This document shows, in pieces, positions 43,142 through 52,613 of a stretch of 64,000 nt of DNA. A program made the position numbers and the translations under genes. The notes under the pieces are model-generated. The model searched no databases, was not told the origin of the DNA, and was given only the letters and a program-made list of their open reading frames with translations. Numbering within the stretch: position 1 is the stretch's first letter; each line of letters begins with the position of its first letter. The stretch spans positions 70,042 through 134,041 of the forward strand of contig JAXMAN010000002.1 in the NCBI GenBank assembly GCA_046350355.1, given 5' to 3'. This stretch comes from Phycisphaerales bacterium (GTDB lineage: Bacteria > Planctomycetota > Phycisphaerae > Phycisphaerales > SM1A02).

Positions 43142-43831
43142 ATGCCGCGCATTCCCGGGACCATCGCCGCGACCCTCCTCGCCGCACTCGGGGCGGCCCA
43201 CGCGCACGGCGAGGTCCTCTGCCTCGAGGGCACCCATCACTCCACCGACTTTCGGCTGCGCCCACACGACCTGATCATCGCGACGGCAGACCTCACGCTC
43301 TCGTGCGCGCGGACCCTGCGGATCGAGGGGCGCATCGTGGCGGCGCCGAGCTGCTCGATCCACCTCGTCGCGACCGAGCTGATCATCGACGACGGCCGGG
43401 TCTACGCGGGCGACGGTCTCTCGACCCACGCGATCGACGGCGACGGCGGCAAGGGGGGCGATGTCGTGCTGAACGCGCAGCGGATCACGATGTCCGACAC
43501 TGTCATCCGCGCGGGTCGTGGCGGGAACGCGGGACCGTCGGGCAACGGCGGCGCGGGAGGGGATATCCGAATCATCGGGACCCCCGAGAACAGCATCGAT
43601 GCAACCGTGATTCTCGACACGGGCGCCGCCGGCGAGGGCGGCGACGGCATCAGCGGCTTCTCCGAGGCCGCGCGCGCCGGAGGCAATGGCGGAGACGCGG
43701 GCAACCTCATCGTCAACGTCGCCTGGTGGTCGACGGGGGAGCGGCCCGCGCCGCCTCCAGTCCGGTCGCCAGTCAAGAACGCGCAGCGTGCCGTGGGTGC
43801 TTCGCGGATGGGGTGCGTGGCGGTGGATTGA
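43142..43831 (+). CDS. Secreted Gly-rich beta-helix-like repeat protein
   Basis: Signal peptide MPRIPGTIAATLLAALGAAHAHG. Repeats are GDGGKGGDVV, GRGGNAGPSGNGGAGGDIRI and GAAGEGGDGISG. Confidence 0.6.
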   Translation: MPRIPGTIAATLLAALGAAHAHGEVLCLEGTHHSTDFRLRPHDLIIATADLTLSCARTLRIEGRIVAAPSCSIHLVATELIIDDGRVYAGDGLSTHAIDGDGGKGGDVVLNAQRITMSDTVIRAGRGGNAGPSGNGGAGGDIRIIGTPENSIDATVILDTGAAGEGGDGISGFSEAARAGGNGGDAGNLIVNVAWWSTGERPAPPPVRSPVKNAQRAVGASRMGCVAVD

Positions 43832-43895
43832 GGGGTCGGGCGGCGGGGGACGCTGCGTCCGATGGCGAAGAAACCTCCCGCGATACGCTGCCTTC

Positions 43896-44423
43896 GTGCG
43901 CTTCCTAAAGCGGCTCGCAATCAAGCTCCGGTGGCCCGCGGCGATCGTGGCCGGGCTGCTCGTCGCGGTGGCGGGCTGGTCCTGCCTCTACTGCCAGTCC
44001 GTGGTGATGCGCACATCCTCGCGGATGCTCTCGATCCAGTACGAGCGGCTGCGGTGTGGCGTGGTGCTGATGGAGTCGGGCGTCGACTGGGGCAACGAGT
44101 GGGACCTGCGGTTCAACTCGCGCGACGCGAATTGGCAGACGGTCGCGCGCGCGCCGTGGGATTCGCTCTGGCGGACGATTTGGACCGCCCCGCGGCGCAG
44201 CGGCCTCGCGAACACGGTCTCGGGCGTCTCGTTCCCGATCTGGTACCTCGTGCTTCCGTCGGCGGCGCTTGCGATCGTGGGCTTTCGACTCAAGCGTCGG
44301 GAGCCGCGGCCCGGGCATTGCGTTCGCTGCCGGTATCCGCTCGCGGGCGCGGCGGCGTGTCCGGAGTGCGGGACGGCGGCGCCGCTCACTCCGGACGCAC
44401 CCCCGCCCCCGCCCGCGACGTAG
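43896..44423 (+). CDS. 2-TM membrane protein with C-terminal C4 zinc ribbon, tandem paralog 3 (GTG start inferred)
   Basis: VRFLKRLAIKLRWPAAIVAGLLVAVAGW... The C-terminus is LAIVGFRLKRREPRPGHCVRCRYPLAGAAACPECGTAAPL. Confidence 0.6.
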   Translation: MRFLKRLAIKLRWPAAIVAGLLVAVAGWSCLYCQSVVMRTSSRMLSIQYERLRCGVVLMESGVDWGNEWDLRFNSRDANWQTVARAPWDSLWRTIWTAPRRSGLANTVSGVSFPIWYLVLPSAALAIVGFRLKRREPRPGHCVRCRYPLAGAAACPECGTAAPLTPDAPPPPPAT

Positions 44424-44474
44424 CATCGCCCCACCGGGCCGCGACCGCCGCCCAGCGCTTTCCCGGAGGCCTCC

Positions 44475-45863
44475 ATGCTCGGCACGCTGCTCCTGACCCA
44501 CGCCGTCGCGATCGCGCTCGCCCAGGACGCGCCGCATGCCGACCCCGCGACGACGGCGCCGCCCGATCCGCCGCGCCACCCCGCGCTCGACAACCCGAAC
44601 TTCCAGCGCGGAAAGGTGGTCGAGTTCCCCAACGGCCTCACCGGACGCATCGGCTCCAGCTGCGTCTCGCCGCCCTTGAGCACGCTCCTGACGCCCGAGA
44701 CATGGATCGACGTCGCTCGCGCGACGACTGCGCTCGACCTGGATCCCGCGGGCGCCGCGGCGGGCTCGCTTCGTTCCGCCGCAGAGGCCTTTCGAGCGGC
44801 GCTTCGGGAGCGGCGCACCCGGGACTGGCGTCCGGCCGCGGACCGGATCAATGCGTCGATCGCCGAGAACGAGGCGCACCAGGTCGTCGATGACGAGCGG
44901 CTGCGCGCCGCCACCGCCGTCTTCTACCGCGACTGCGCGCTGGAGTCGATGCGCAACTTCGACGAGGAGTCGGCCGCGCTCGTGCGCGCGCTCGCCAGCG
45001 CTTCGGGCGGGGAGCTCGATCCGCAGGTCGCGCAGCGCGCATCGCGGTCGCTCTGGCGGACGCGCGTCACGGAGTTCCTTGGCGATTGGTCATCGATCCC
45101 GATGCCGCCGGTCGTCTCGATCCTGCTGCGCACGGAGATCGCCGGCGCACAGGTGAAGGCCGGCCACAAGGATGCCGTCGAAGCCATCCTCCAGCAGTTC
45201 GAGCCGCTGTGGGACGCTTCCTTGCGCGATCTCCTCAATGCGCACGCACGCGCTTTCACGAAGACCGAGGACACTCCGAGCGTGCTGCGTCCGGTCTCGG
45301 CCATCGTCGACCGCATGACCGACGCGGACGCGCGCGCGATCGCGGAGCTCGCGCCCCACCTGGACGATCCGGAGCTGCGGTGGACGCACGCTGTCCTCGT
45401 CCGCCGCTGTCCGCACGCGCGCGCCGTCGCCGATGCTTGGCTCGGCATCTCGCACCTGGCCGCGACCGCCGCCGATCCCGCGATTCGCACGCGGCTCGTG
45501 GCCGCCTCGGAGCTCCTTCGATCGCAGGTCGACGCGATGGCGCTCGTCTACCGCGATGGTTGGCGCGGGATCATCATCCACGGCGCGACGCCGACCCATC
45601 CGGAAGTCGCGAACTACGGCCCCGAGATGCGCAAGATCGCTCGGGATGCGCAGCGGCAGGCGCTGGCGCTGATCGCGACCATCGATGGCGCTGCCTCCGA
45701 GGCCGGGCCCGCCGACGCGATGATGGTCGCGCGCGCCACCCGCGACGCGCTGGTGCCGGTGACTGGCAAGCTGGAAGACGGCAAGCTTGCCGCGAAGGCC
45801 ATCGCGCCCGGCTGGCCGCCGATGGTGTGGACCAATGATGCCGGGGCGATGGTGCCGCGGTGA
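44475..45863 (+). CDS. Secreted hypothetical protein
   Basis: Signal peptide MLGTLLLTHAVAIALAQDAP. 462 aa, soluble, helical composition. Confidence 0.65.
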   Translation: MLGTLLLTHAVAIALAQDAPHADPATTAPPDPPRHPALDNPNFQRGKVVEFPNGLTGRIGSSCVSPPLSTLLTPETWIDVARATTALDLDPAGAAAGSLRSAAEAFRAALRERRTRDWRPAADRINASIAENEAHQVVDDERLRAATAVFYRDCALESMRNFDEESAALVRALASASGGELDPQVAQRASRSLWRTRVTEFLGDWSSIPMPPVVSILLRTEIAGAQVKAGHKDAVEAILQQFEPLWDASLRDLLNAHARAFTKTEDTPSVLRPVSAIVDRMTDADARAIAELAPHLDDPELRWTHAVLVRRCPHARAVADAWLGISHLAATAADPAIRTRLVAASELLRSQVDAMALVYRDGWRGIIIHGATPTHPEVANYGPEMRKIARDAQRQALALIATIDGAASEAGPADAMMVARATRDALVPVTGKLEDGKLAAKAIAPGWPPMVWTNDAGAMVPR

Positions 45864-47434
45864 GCGGGGAGGAGTCCCTTCTCGCTGTGATGCGCGACAC
45901 CGGTGCCTCCCGAGGTACGCTGTCGCCTGTGCGCACTCGACCGTGGGGAACTCCGCGCCATTCGCGCTTCGGCGCACCGCTCATCGCGGGCGTACTCACA
46001 CTTTCCCTCGCCTCCGCCACCTGTCTCGCGCAGTCGCCATCTGAGCCACCGCCGGCGACTCCATCCACGCGCGGGGACGACACGACGCCGCCCGTCCCCG
46101 TCGCCGAGGCGCCGCCTGCGACCGTCCTGTTCCCGGAGAGCCACTTCTCGATGTACTACCCGCCGCGGCCGATCGACCGGTCCGACGCGGCGTTCTATGT
46201 CTGGATCTCGGGCGCGGAAGGCGTCGACGCGGAGCAGATCCGGCAGTGGACGCTTGCACTCGCGGATCTGGATCCGGCGTGGATCAAGAGCGCCTTCGCG
46301 AACGTGCGCACCACGGCCAATGCATGCGCACTCGCGGGGATGAAGCATCCGCCGGCGGCGGAGCGTGCGCGCGACCTCGAAGCCTTGGCAAACATGCGCG
46401 ACACCGCGGCGGAGGGTATCGCCGCCAAGGAGCGCGCATTCCTGTGCTCCTTCCTCTCGCCCGATGCAGGCGATGCCGACCGGCGATCCGTGCTGATCGA
46501 CCGCGTCATGCAGGCCCGCAACGCGGAAGCGATCGAACTGACCATCACTGCGTCCGGCCACTGCGACGCTATGCCGATGCGCCTGCTGCACCGTGCCGCC
46601 ACAGACCAGCGCATTTCGCCTGAAGGGGCCGTCGCGCTTCGCCAGCTCGCCATAGACAACGCGGCGCGCGTCTATCAGCTTCGTCTGAGCACTGTTGCCG
46701 AAGCCATCCACCTGGCGCACCGCGCGGCGGCATCCCGAGCCGCGGCGGAGAGCCGTGGCGAATCGCAGGTTGGTGCGTCCGCTCCCGCTTACCGCGCCGT
46801 CGTTCTCGCCGCGGAACGTGCCGCGGAACTTCACCGCGAGCTGCTCCGGCTTGCCAGCACCTCCATGCCAGAAGCACTCGCTTCGGAGATCGACGCCGCC
46901 TACAAGGAGCAGGCATACGATCTCCTCGGCCGTGACGCGTTCTCCTTCGACCCAATCGTGGCGGCGCTTCGGCCACTCATGGCGCCGGAGGCACAGCACA
47001 CCGCCGACGAGTTGACTGCCGCCGACCGCAGCTATCGACGGGCGATGCACGATGCGGCGCTCGAACTCTTCGACCGGACCGTGAATCGCATGGTCCGCCG
47101 TGGACGCGTGGTGGATCCAGAGGAATCCGCACGTTTCGCGAACGCGCTCATCGCGTATCACGAGAACGCGTACAGGAGCGCGGGGCGCACGATCGACTCC
47201 CTCGCCGAGCTCGCCCGAGCGCGGGATGGTTGGGACGAACCGACTTACCAGCGGCTCCGCGCAGACTGGGAGAAAACTGTCCGATCGCGACTCAAGGAAC
47301 TGATGAACCGCGGCGTGACATCGCGCGCGGCGAGCGATGACCTGTTCGACCGCGAGGGCACCATCACGCCCGCGTCGGACTCCGTCATGCTTCGGAAGCA
47401 GAGGGCCCCGAACATGCATGCAGCCCCCCGGTGA
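45860..47434 (+). CDS. Secreted hypothetical protein (GTG start overlapping upstream stop, GTGA)
   Basis: An internal signal-like segment is RFGAPLIAGVLTLSLASATCLAQS. Alternative starts at M11 are possible. 524 aa. Confidence 0.55.
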   Translation: MSGEESLLAVMRDTGASRGTLSPVRTRPWGTPRHSRFGAPLIAGVLTLSLASATCLAQSPSEPPPATPSTRGDDTTPPVPVAEAPPATVLFPESHFSMYYPPRPIDRSDAAFYVWISGAEGVDAEQIRQWTLALADLDPAWIKSAFANVRTTANACALAGMKHPPAAERARDLEALANMRDTAAEGIAAKERAFLCSFLSPDAGDADRRSVLIDRVMQARNAEAIELTITASGHCDAMPMRLLHRAATDQRISPEGAVALRQLAIDNAARVYQLRLSTVAEAIHLAHRAAASRAAAESRGESQVGASAPAYRAVVLAAERAAELHRELLRLASTSMPEALASEIDAAYKEQAYDLLGRDAFSFDPIVAALRPLMAPEAQHTADELTAADRSYRRAMHDAALELFDRTVNRMVRRGRVVDPEESARFANALIAYHENAYRSAGRTIDSLAELARARDGWDEPTYQRLRADWEKTVRSRLKELMNRGVTSRAASDDLFDREGTITPASDSVMLRKQRAPNMHAAPR

Positions 47435-48164
47435 TTCGTTCGTACTCGCCGTGACTCCGCCGCGCTCGTCCAACTCCCTTCGCACGGCCTTCCTTCCCGC
47501 TCCCGTCCCCGCGCCGGTGCGGACGCTCGCCATCGCTTCGCGCCTCTGCCTGATCGCGGCTTGGGTTGGCGCGTTGCTCGTCACGGGCGAGCTTGCCTGC
47601 GACGCCATTCTCAGAAACTTCGGCACGCCCTCCACGAGCGCGTGGGTCTGGGCCTTGGGCGCGCGCTGGGGCGCAATCCTCACCGCGCTCGCCGTGCTGA
47701 CCGCGCTGCTGTGCCCGCTCGTCTCGATCACCCTCGACCGCATGCGCCTGAGCCGCACGGAGGAGATGGCGCGCGCCCGTGCCTGCAATCGCTGCGGCTA
47801 CGCCGACGCGGGCACCGGCGAACGCTGCAGCGAGTGCGGCGCGGCGCCGGTGCAGCACGTCGCGCCGCCGCTCTCGGCGGTGCTCGCCTACACGGGCGGC
47901 GGGTTCTTCGGCCTCGGCGCGGGCCGCGGCGCGAACGCGCAGCTGGGCGATTCCGTGGGGAACGCGCTCCACGCGGCCGCCTCTGCGCAGTGGATTCAAC
48001 GCATCGACCGCGCGCTGTTCACCCTCATCGTCGTCAACATCGTGCTCACGCAGCGGCCGCTTGGCGTCCCGATGTCGATGAGCCTGGTGCTCCTGCCCTT
48101 CGTCGCGGCGGCAATCCTGCTGCGGATCACGATCCGCCACTGCATGTCATTTCGGGCGCTGTGA
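47418..48164 (+). CDS. Membrane protein with internal C4 zinc ribbon (divergent family member)
   Basis: TM helices flank the zinc ribbon ARACNRCGYADAGTGERCSECGAAP. The start is uncertain and overlaps the upstream gene end. Confidence 0.5.
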   Translation: MQPPGDSFVLAVTPPRSSNSLRTAFLPAPVPAPVRTLAIASRLCLIAAWVGALLVTGELACDAILRNFGTPSTSAWVWALGARWGAILTALAVLTALLCPLVSITLDRMRLSRTEEMARARACNRCGYADAGTGERCSECGAAPVQHVAPPLSAVLAYTGGGFFGLGAGRGANAQLGDSVGNALHAAASAQWIQRIDRALFTLIVVNIVLTQRPLGVPMSMSLVLLPFVAAAILLRITIRHCMSFRAL

Positions 48165-50192
48165 TGCGTCGCCGCGCGGATCTTCCGGCGCCGCGGCCGG
48201 GATCGCCGCCCGCAGCCGCTGCGCCTCCTCCGCGATGCGCGTCTCCGCCGCGTGCGGCTCGATCGCGGGCGCCCACTCCTCGCTCGCCAGCAACGCGAGC
48301 GCCGGCGAGGCCTCCGACGCGCCCACCGGCGGCGCCGTATCGAAGGCCTTGAGCTGCGCGATCCGGCCCCGCATGCGGTCGAGTGGCGCGTCCTCCCACA
48401 GCATCGCGCCGAGTGCGCGCGTGTGGCGCTCGGAGCGGTCGTCCGGCAGCGCGTCCGCGGCGTCCAGCACCAGCGTGATGGCCAGCAGCCGCTGCTCCGG
48501 GAGCTTGTCAAGTTCGGCCTGGATCCGCCGGCACCAGTCGCCCAACTGTGCGGTGGAGTCCGCATCCGGTCGCAGCATGAGGCGCACCGCGAGGCGCGTG
48601 CGCTGCTTGCCCGCCCACGCCGCGAGGTCGACCGGCGGCATCGTCGCCAGCGCTTCGAGCGCGTCGCGCAGCGCCGCGCGCGTCGACGCGTCCGCGGCTC
48701 CGAGCATGCCCAGCACGACATCCAGCTCCCGCAGCGTCTGCGCAACGGACGCGCGCAGCACGCATCGTGCGACGGGATCCTCCACGCTGCACGCCGCGCG
48801 CGCTGCGCGCAGCCACAGCAGCGTCTCGCGCGCGCAGGCCGGCACATCGCCGGACCGCGCGGCGCATCGCGCGCGCTCGACCACCAGCGCGAGCGCATCC
48901 GCCGTCCGCAGCGCCGCGAACGATGCCGGCACGCCGCGTGCCCGCCACTGCGCCGGCTGCGACCAGTCGAGCGGGGGGTTCGTCGCGGCCAGCGCCTGGA
49001 AGAGGCGCTCGAGCGGCGGCAGGTGCAACTCGTCGCACTCCCCGTCGGACGCGGGCGCGCTCGCGGTCGCGGAGAGCTCCCGTATCCGCGTCAGCGTCGG
49101 CGACTGCGCGACCTGCGCGTCGATCCGGTCGAGCCAGTACGCGGCCCGCCGGCGCGCGGCGGAGTTGTCGTAGCGCTCCGGCACGAGCGCCTCCGCGATC
49201 GCGCGCCGCGCACGCAGGTCGCGCGCGACGGTCGCGGCGCGCTCCAGGAGCGCGCAGGGCGTCTCGCCGAGGATCGACTCCGAGAGCAGCGCACGCTCGA
49301 ACGCGCCCCATTCCGATGCGCGCAGCGCGTCGCAGACCGGCGGTGCAGGCGCCGCTCCCGGAGCGTCCGCAGGCACCGCCAGCGCGAGCGCCTGGGCCGA
49401 GCGCTTCCAGAGCGCGGCCACACGCTGCGCCCCGGCGGCCCACTCGCCCTCGGACATCGACCGGAGCTGCGTCAGCGGAGCGACCAGGTCTGGCGTGGCG
49501 CTCGGCGGGGGCGAGATCTTCCTGGCTCCCTCCGCGCCTGCGTCCTGGGCGCGCTCGCGCCGTAGCCACGTGACCCACGCGTCGCACACGTCGGCGAGCG
49601 CGCGCGCGCGCCCCGTCGGATCGGCCGAATCCAGCCGCTGCATCGCGCTGAGGATCCTCCCCGCGTCCAATGCGGAGACGCGGTCGAGCTCGAGCGCCCC
49701 GTCAAAGGCCTGCATCGCCTGCGCGAGCACCCACTCGGAGAACATCGAGCCCGCGATGGTGCGATCGCGCGCAAGCTGCCCACCGAGCGAGAAGAGCGTG
49801 GCGATCGAACCGATCGCGCGGTCGTGCTCCGGTCCGTCGAGTTGCGCCCGCGCGCTCAGCAACAGGAGCGCCGTCGCCCGCCGGACCGCCATTCCGTCGG
49901 CGGGGAAGTACTCCGGCGGCGCGTCCGGGTCATCCTTGTCGTCCGTGGGCGCCGCGCCCGGCCCCCGCACATGCGCCGCACGCGCGAGCGCGGCCAGCGT
50001 CTTCGCCTGGCTTGCCAGGATCGCGCGGGCGCGGGCGGTCACCAGGGCGTCCGCGTCGAGCCCCCCGACCTCCACGATCACGGTCTCGACCGGCCGCAGC
50101 TCCGATGCATCAAGAATCGCTCGATAGTCCGGCCGGCCCGTGGGCTGCGCGGCCTGGAGCGCGAGTGCGCTGACGAGCGTGAGCATCACCAT
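48147..50192 (-). CDS. Secreted hypothetical protein (681 aa)
   Basis: Signal peptide MVMLTLVSALALQAAQP. Coding-like helical composition. It is convergent with the 47418..48164 gene. Confidence 0.6.
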   Translation of the reverse strand: MVMLTLVSALALQAAQPTGRPDYRAILDASELRPVETVIVEVGGLDADALVTARARAILASQAKTLAALARAAHVRGPGAAPTDDKDDPDAPPEYFPADGMAVRRATALLLLSARAQLDGPEHDRAIGSIATLFSLGGQLARDRTIAGSMFSEWVLAQAMQAFDGALELDRVSALDAGRILSAMQRLDSADPTGRARALADVCDAWVTWLRRERAQDAGAEGARKISPPPSATPDLVAPLTQLRSMSEGEWAAGAQRVAALWKRSAQALALAVPADAPGAAPAPPVCDALRASEWGAFERALLSESILGETPCALLERAATVARDLRARRAIAEALVPERYDNSAARRRAAYWLDRIDAQVAQSPTLTRIRELSATASAPASDGECDELHLPPLERLFQALAATNPPLDWSQPAQWRARGVPASFAALRTADALALVVERARCAARSGDVPACARETLLWLRAARAACSVEDPVARCVLRASVAQTLRELDVVLGMLGAADASTRAALRDALEALATMPPVDLAAWAGKQRTRLAVRLMLRPDADSTAQLGDWCRRIQAELDKLPEQRLLAITLVLDAADALPDDRSERHTRALGAMLWEDAPLDRMRGRIAQLKAFDTAPPVGASEASPALALLASEEWAPAIEPHAAETRIAEEAQRLRAAIPAAAPEDPRGDASQRPK

Positions 50193-50281
50193 GCGAGCCT
50201 CCCCGACTGTGAGGCTACGCGCCTGCGGAGCTCCGCACCGGTGCTCCGGCGCAGTGGCCCCCGCACTCGCTCACCCGCCAC

Positions 50282-52462
50282 TCACCCCCAACTCCCCAGC
50301 AGCAGCCCCAGGTCCGCGCCGTTCACGACGCCGTTGCCGTCGATGTCGGCGCGGCCGTCGGCGCCGCCGGTGCTGCCCCAGGCGCCCAGGAGCAGGCCGA
50401 GGTCGCTGCCGTCGGTGACGCCGTCGCCGTTGAGGTCGCCGGGGCTGGCGACGCCGCCCTGCGTGAGCACCTCCTGCGGCACGATCTCCGTGCTGCGGCC
50501 GGGGCCGCTCCACTTGAACTGGAAGCCGGCGCCGCCGCCGTTCTCGAAGAACTCCAGCCGCACCGGGTGCTTGCCCGCGCGCAGCGCGACCGTGCCGCTG
50601 CGCGTGGTCATGCCGTGCAGGCCGTCGTTGTCGGCGATCACCGTGCTGCCGATGCGCATGCGCGAACCGTCGTCCGAGGTGATCGAGAAGGTCCAGCGTC
50701 CGTCGGTGGGCACCTCGACCCAGCCTTCGTAGACCGCGCCGACCTCGTCCGCGCGGCCGCTGCCCGCGTAGACGCCGTCGGTGCTCGCGTAGTTCACGTT
50801 CGCGACCGTCTCCACCAGGTAGGGGGTGAGCGCGGCCCAGTTGGGCAGCGCCTGCGGTGCGGTGAGCGCGTAGTAGCTGCAGCGCAGCCCCGCGGTCGCG
50901 CCCGCGGGCGCCCACGGCGCGCGCGGCTGGTCGAGCGTCACGGTGACGGTCGCATTGGCCGTCGCGCCCGAGACCGGCTCGCGGAGCTGGTAGCTGAAGG
51001 TGCGCGCGCCGCTCGTCGCGTCGGGCGCGGGCACGAGCTGCACCAGGTCACGGCCGCCGATGCCCGCCCCGGGAAGCACCGTCAGCGCGTCGCCCTTGGA
51101 GGTCAGCGTCGCGCAGCTCGCGATCTCCAGCGCGTCCATGTTGGGGTCGTAGTCGTTGCTGAGCACATCGAGCGCCATCGTCACCGTCGTCACGCCGAAG
51201 AAGATGTCTGCGTTCGCGACCGGCGCCGCCGGCACCGACGCGTTCACCGCGGCCTGCACCGCCTTGCGCAGGTTGATGCGCCCGAAGCCCAGCGCCTCCG
51301 TCTCCGCCGCGCCGCCCCACGCGTCGCAGGTGTGCATCAGGTAGTACTCGGCCTGCGCCGCGCTCAGCGCGGGATTGGCGGCGCGGATCAGGCCCAGCGC
51401 GCCGTTGGCCACGGGCGCGGCCATGCTCGTGCCGCTCGCGAATCCGTAGCCGCCGTCGTTGGTGGTGCTGAGGATGCTGCTGCCGGGGGCGAAGAGATCC
51501 ACGCCGCGTCCGTAGCTGGAGAAGCTCGAGCGCTGGTCGGAGCTGTTGCTCGCGCCGACGACGATCACATGCTCGAAGTCCCAGCCCGCGTGGTCGTCGG
51601 CGGAGTTGCCCGCGGCCCAGAGCAGGCTCGCGTCGAGCGTGCGGATGTACTCGCCGGTGGTCTCGATCGCCTCGTAGCCGATGCCGCTGTAGCTGGCGCT
51701 CACGGACTTCGCGCCGTGTTCGGCCGCCCAGCGCGCGCCGGAGAGCAGCGCGTCGAAGCTGGCGCCGCCGCTGGCCGCCTCGCTGACGCGGATGGGCATG
51801 ATGCCCAGGTTCCAGCCCATGCCGCAGACGCCGACGCCGTTGTTGCCGCTCGCCGCGGCGCAGCCCGCGACGTGCGTGCCGTGGCCGTGGATGTCGGTCA
51901 TCACGCCGCCGTTGGCCTCCGCGACCCCCGAGACCGCGTTGTAGCCCGAGACGCGGTTGGTGAGGTCCGCGTGCGTGATGATCCCGGTGTCGGTCACGGC
52001 GACGACCACCGCGGTCGTGCCCGTCACGATGTCCCACGCGAGCGGGCTCTGCATCATCGAGTGGTGCCACTGCTCGCCGAAGCGCGGATCGTTCGGCACG
52101 CCCACGGGGTAGACGGTCCAGTTCGGATGCGCGTACTGGAAGAGACCGGTCGCCATGAGCTGCGCCGCCACGCGCGACTCCGCGGCGCCCGGGCGCTCCG
52201 GTCCCTTGGCGACGCCGATCACCAGCTCGCCCGTCTCGGGGTAATCGCGACGCACCACTCCCGCGAGCTGCTGCTGCGCGAGCGCGCGCGCCGCGATGCC
52301 CAGGTCCTGGCGCGGCCGCACGATGAGCTCGCCGCTGAACTCGCGCTCGCCGGGGATCTCCGTGAAGGGCATCGCGCTGCCGCTGGCGGGGGCGATGGGC
52401 GAGGGGACGCCGGCGGCAACCTGCTGCATCGGCGCGAGGGCGAGGATCAGGATCGGGAGCAT
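50282..52462 (-). CDS. Subtilisin-like S8 serine protease with PA14 domain and C-terminal dockerin-like repeats
   Basis: Signal peptide MLPILILALAPMQQVAAG. The catalytic triad motifs are VAVTDTGI, HGHGTHVAG and GTSMAAP. The PA14-like region is GLRCSYYALT...GRWTFSITSDDGSRMRIG. The C-terminus is DLNGDGVTDGSDLGLLLGAWG ... DIDGNGVVNGADLGLLLGSWG. Confidence 0.9.
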   Translation of the reverse strand: MLPILILALAPMQQVAAGVPSPIAPASGSAMPFTEIPGEREFSGELIVRPRQDLGIAARALAQQQLAGVVRRDYPETGELVIGVAKGPERPGAAESRVAAQLMATGLFQYAHPNWTVYPVGVPNDPRFGEQWHHSMMQSPLAWDIVTGTTAVVVAVTDTGIITHADLTNRVSGYNAVSGVAEANGGVMTDIHGHGTHVAGCAAASGNNGVGVCGMGWNLGIMPIRVSEAASGGASFDALLSGARWAAEHGAKSVSASYSGIGYEAIETTGEYIRTLDASLLWAAGNSADDHAGWDFEHVIVVGASNSSDQRSSFSSYGRGVDLFAPGSSILSTTNDGGYGFASGTSMAAPVANGALGLIRAANPALSAAQAEYYLMHTCDAWGGAAETEALGFGRINLRKAVQAAVNASVPAAPVANADIFFGVTTVTMALDVLSNDYDPNMDALEIASCATLTSKGDALTVLPGAGIGGRDLVQLVPAPDATSGARTFSYQLREPVSGATANATVTVTLDQPRAPWAPAGATAGLRCSYYALTAPQALPNWAALTPYLVETVANVNYASTDGVYAGSGRADEVGAVYEGWVEVPTDGRWTFSITSDDGSRMRIGSTVIADNDGLHGMTTRSGTVALRAGKHPVRLEFFENGGGAGFQFKWSGPGRSTEIVPQEVLTQGGVASPGDLNGDGVTDGSDLGLLLGAWGSTGGADGRADIDGNGVVNGADLGLLLGSWG

Positions 52463-52613
52463 GCGTGGGGTCCTTGGGACAAGTGGGGGGAGGCCCTGAA
52501 GTATGCCCTCGCATTCGCAGCGCGCCACCATGCAGTTCCCGGACCGGGGGTAGACTCCGCACGCCGACCGCTGGGCGTGCGTCCGCGTCGGCTGCCTGAC
52601 CCCGGATCCCCAC

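Noticed and set aside
45614-47788. 724-aa minus-strand ORF
   Set aside because: Antisense to two signal-peptide genes, with no domain signal.
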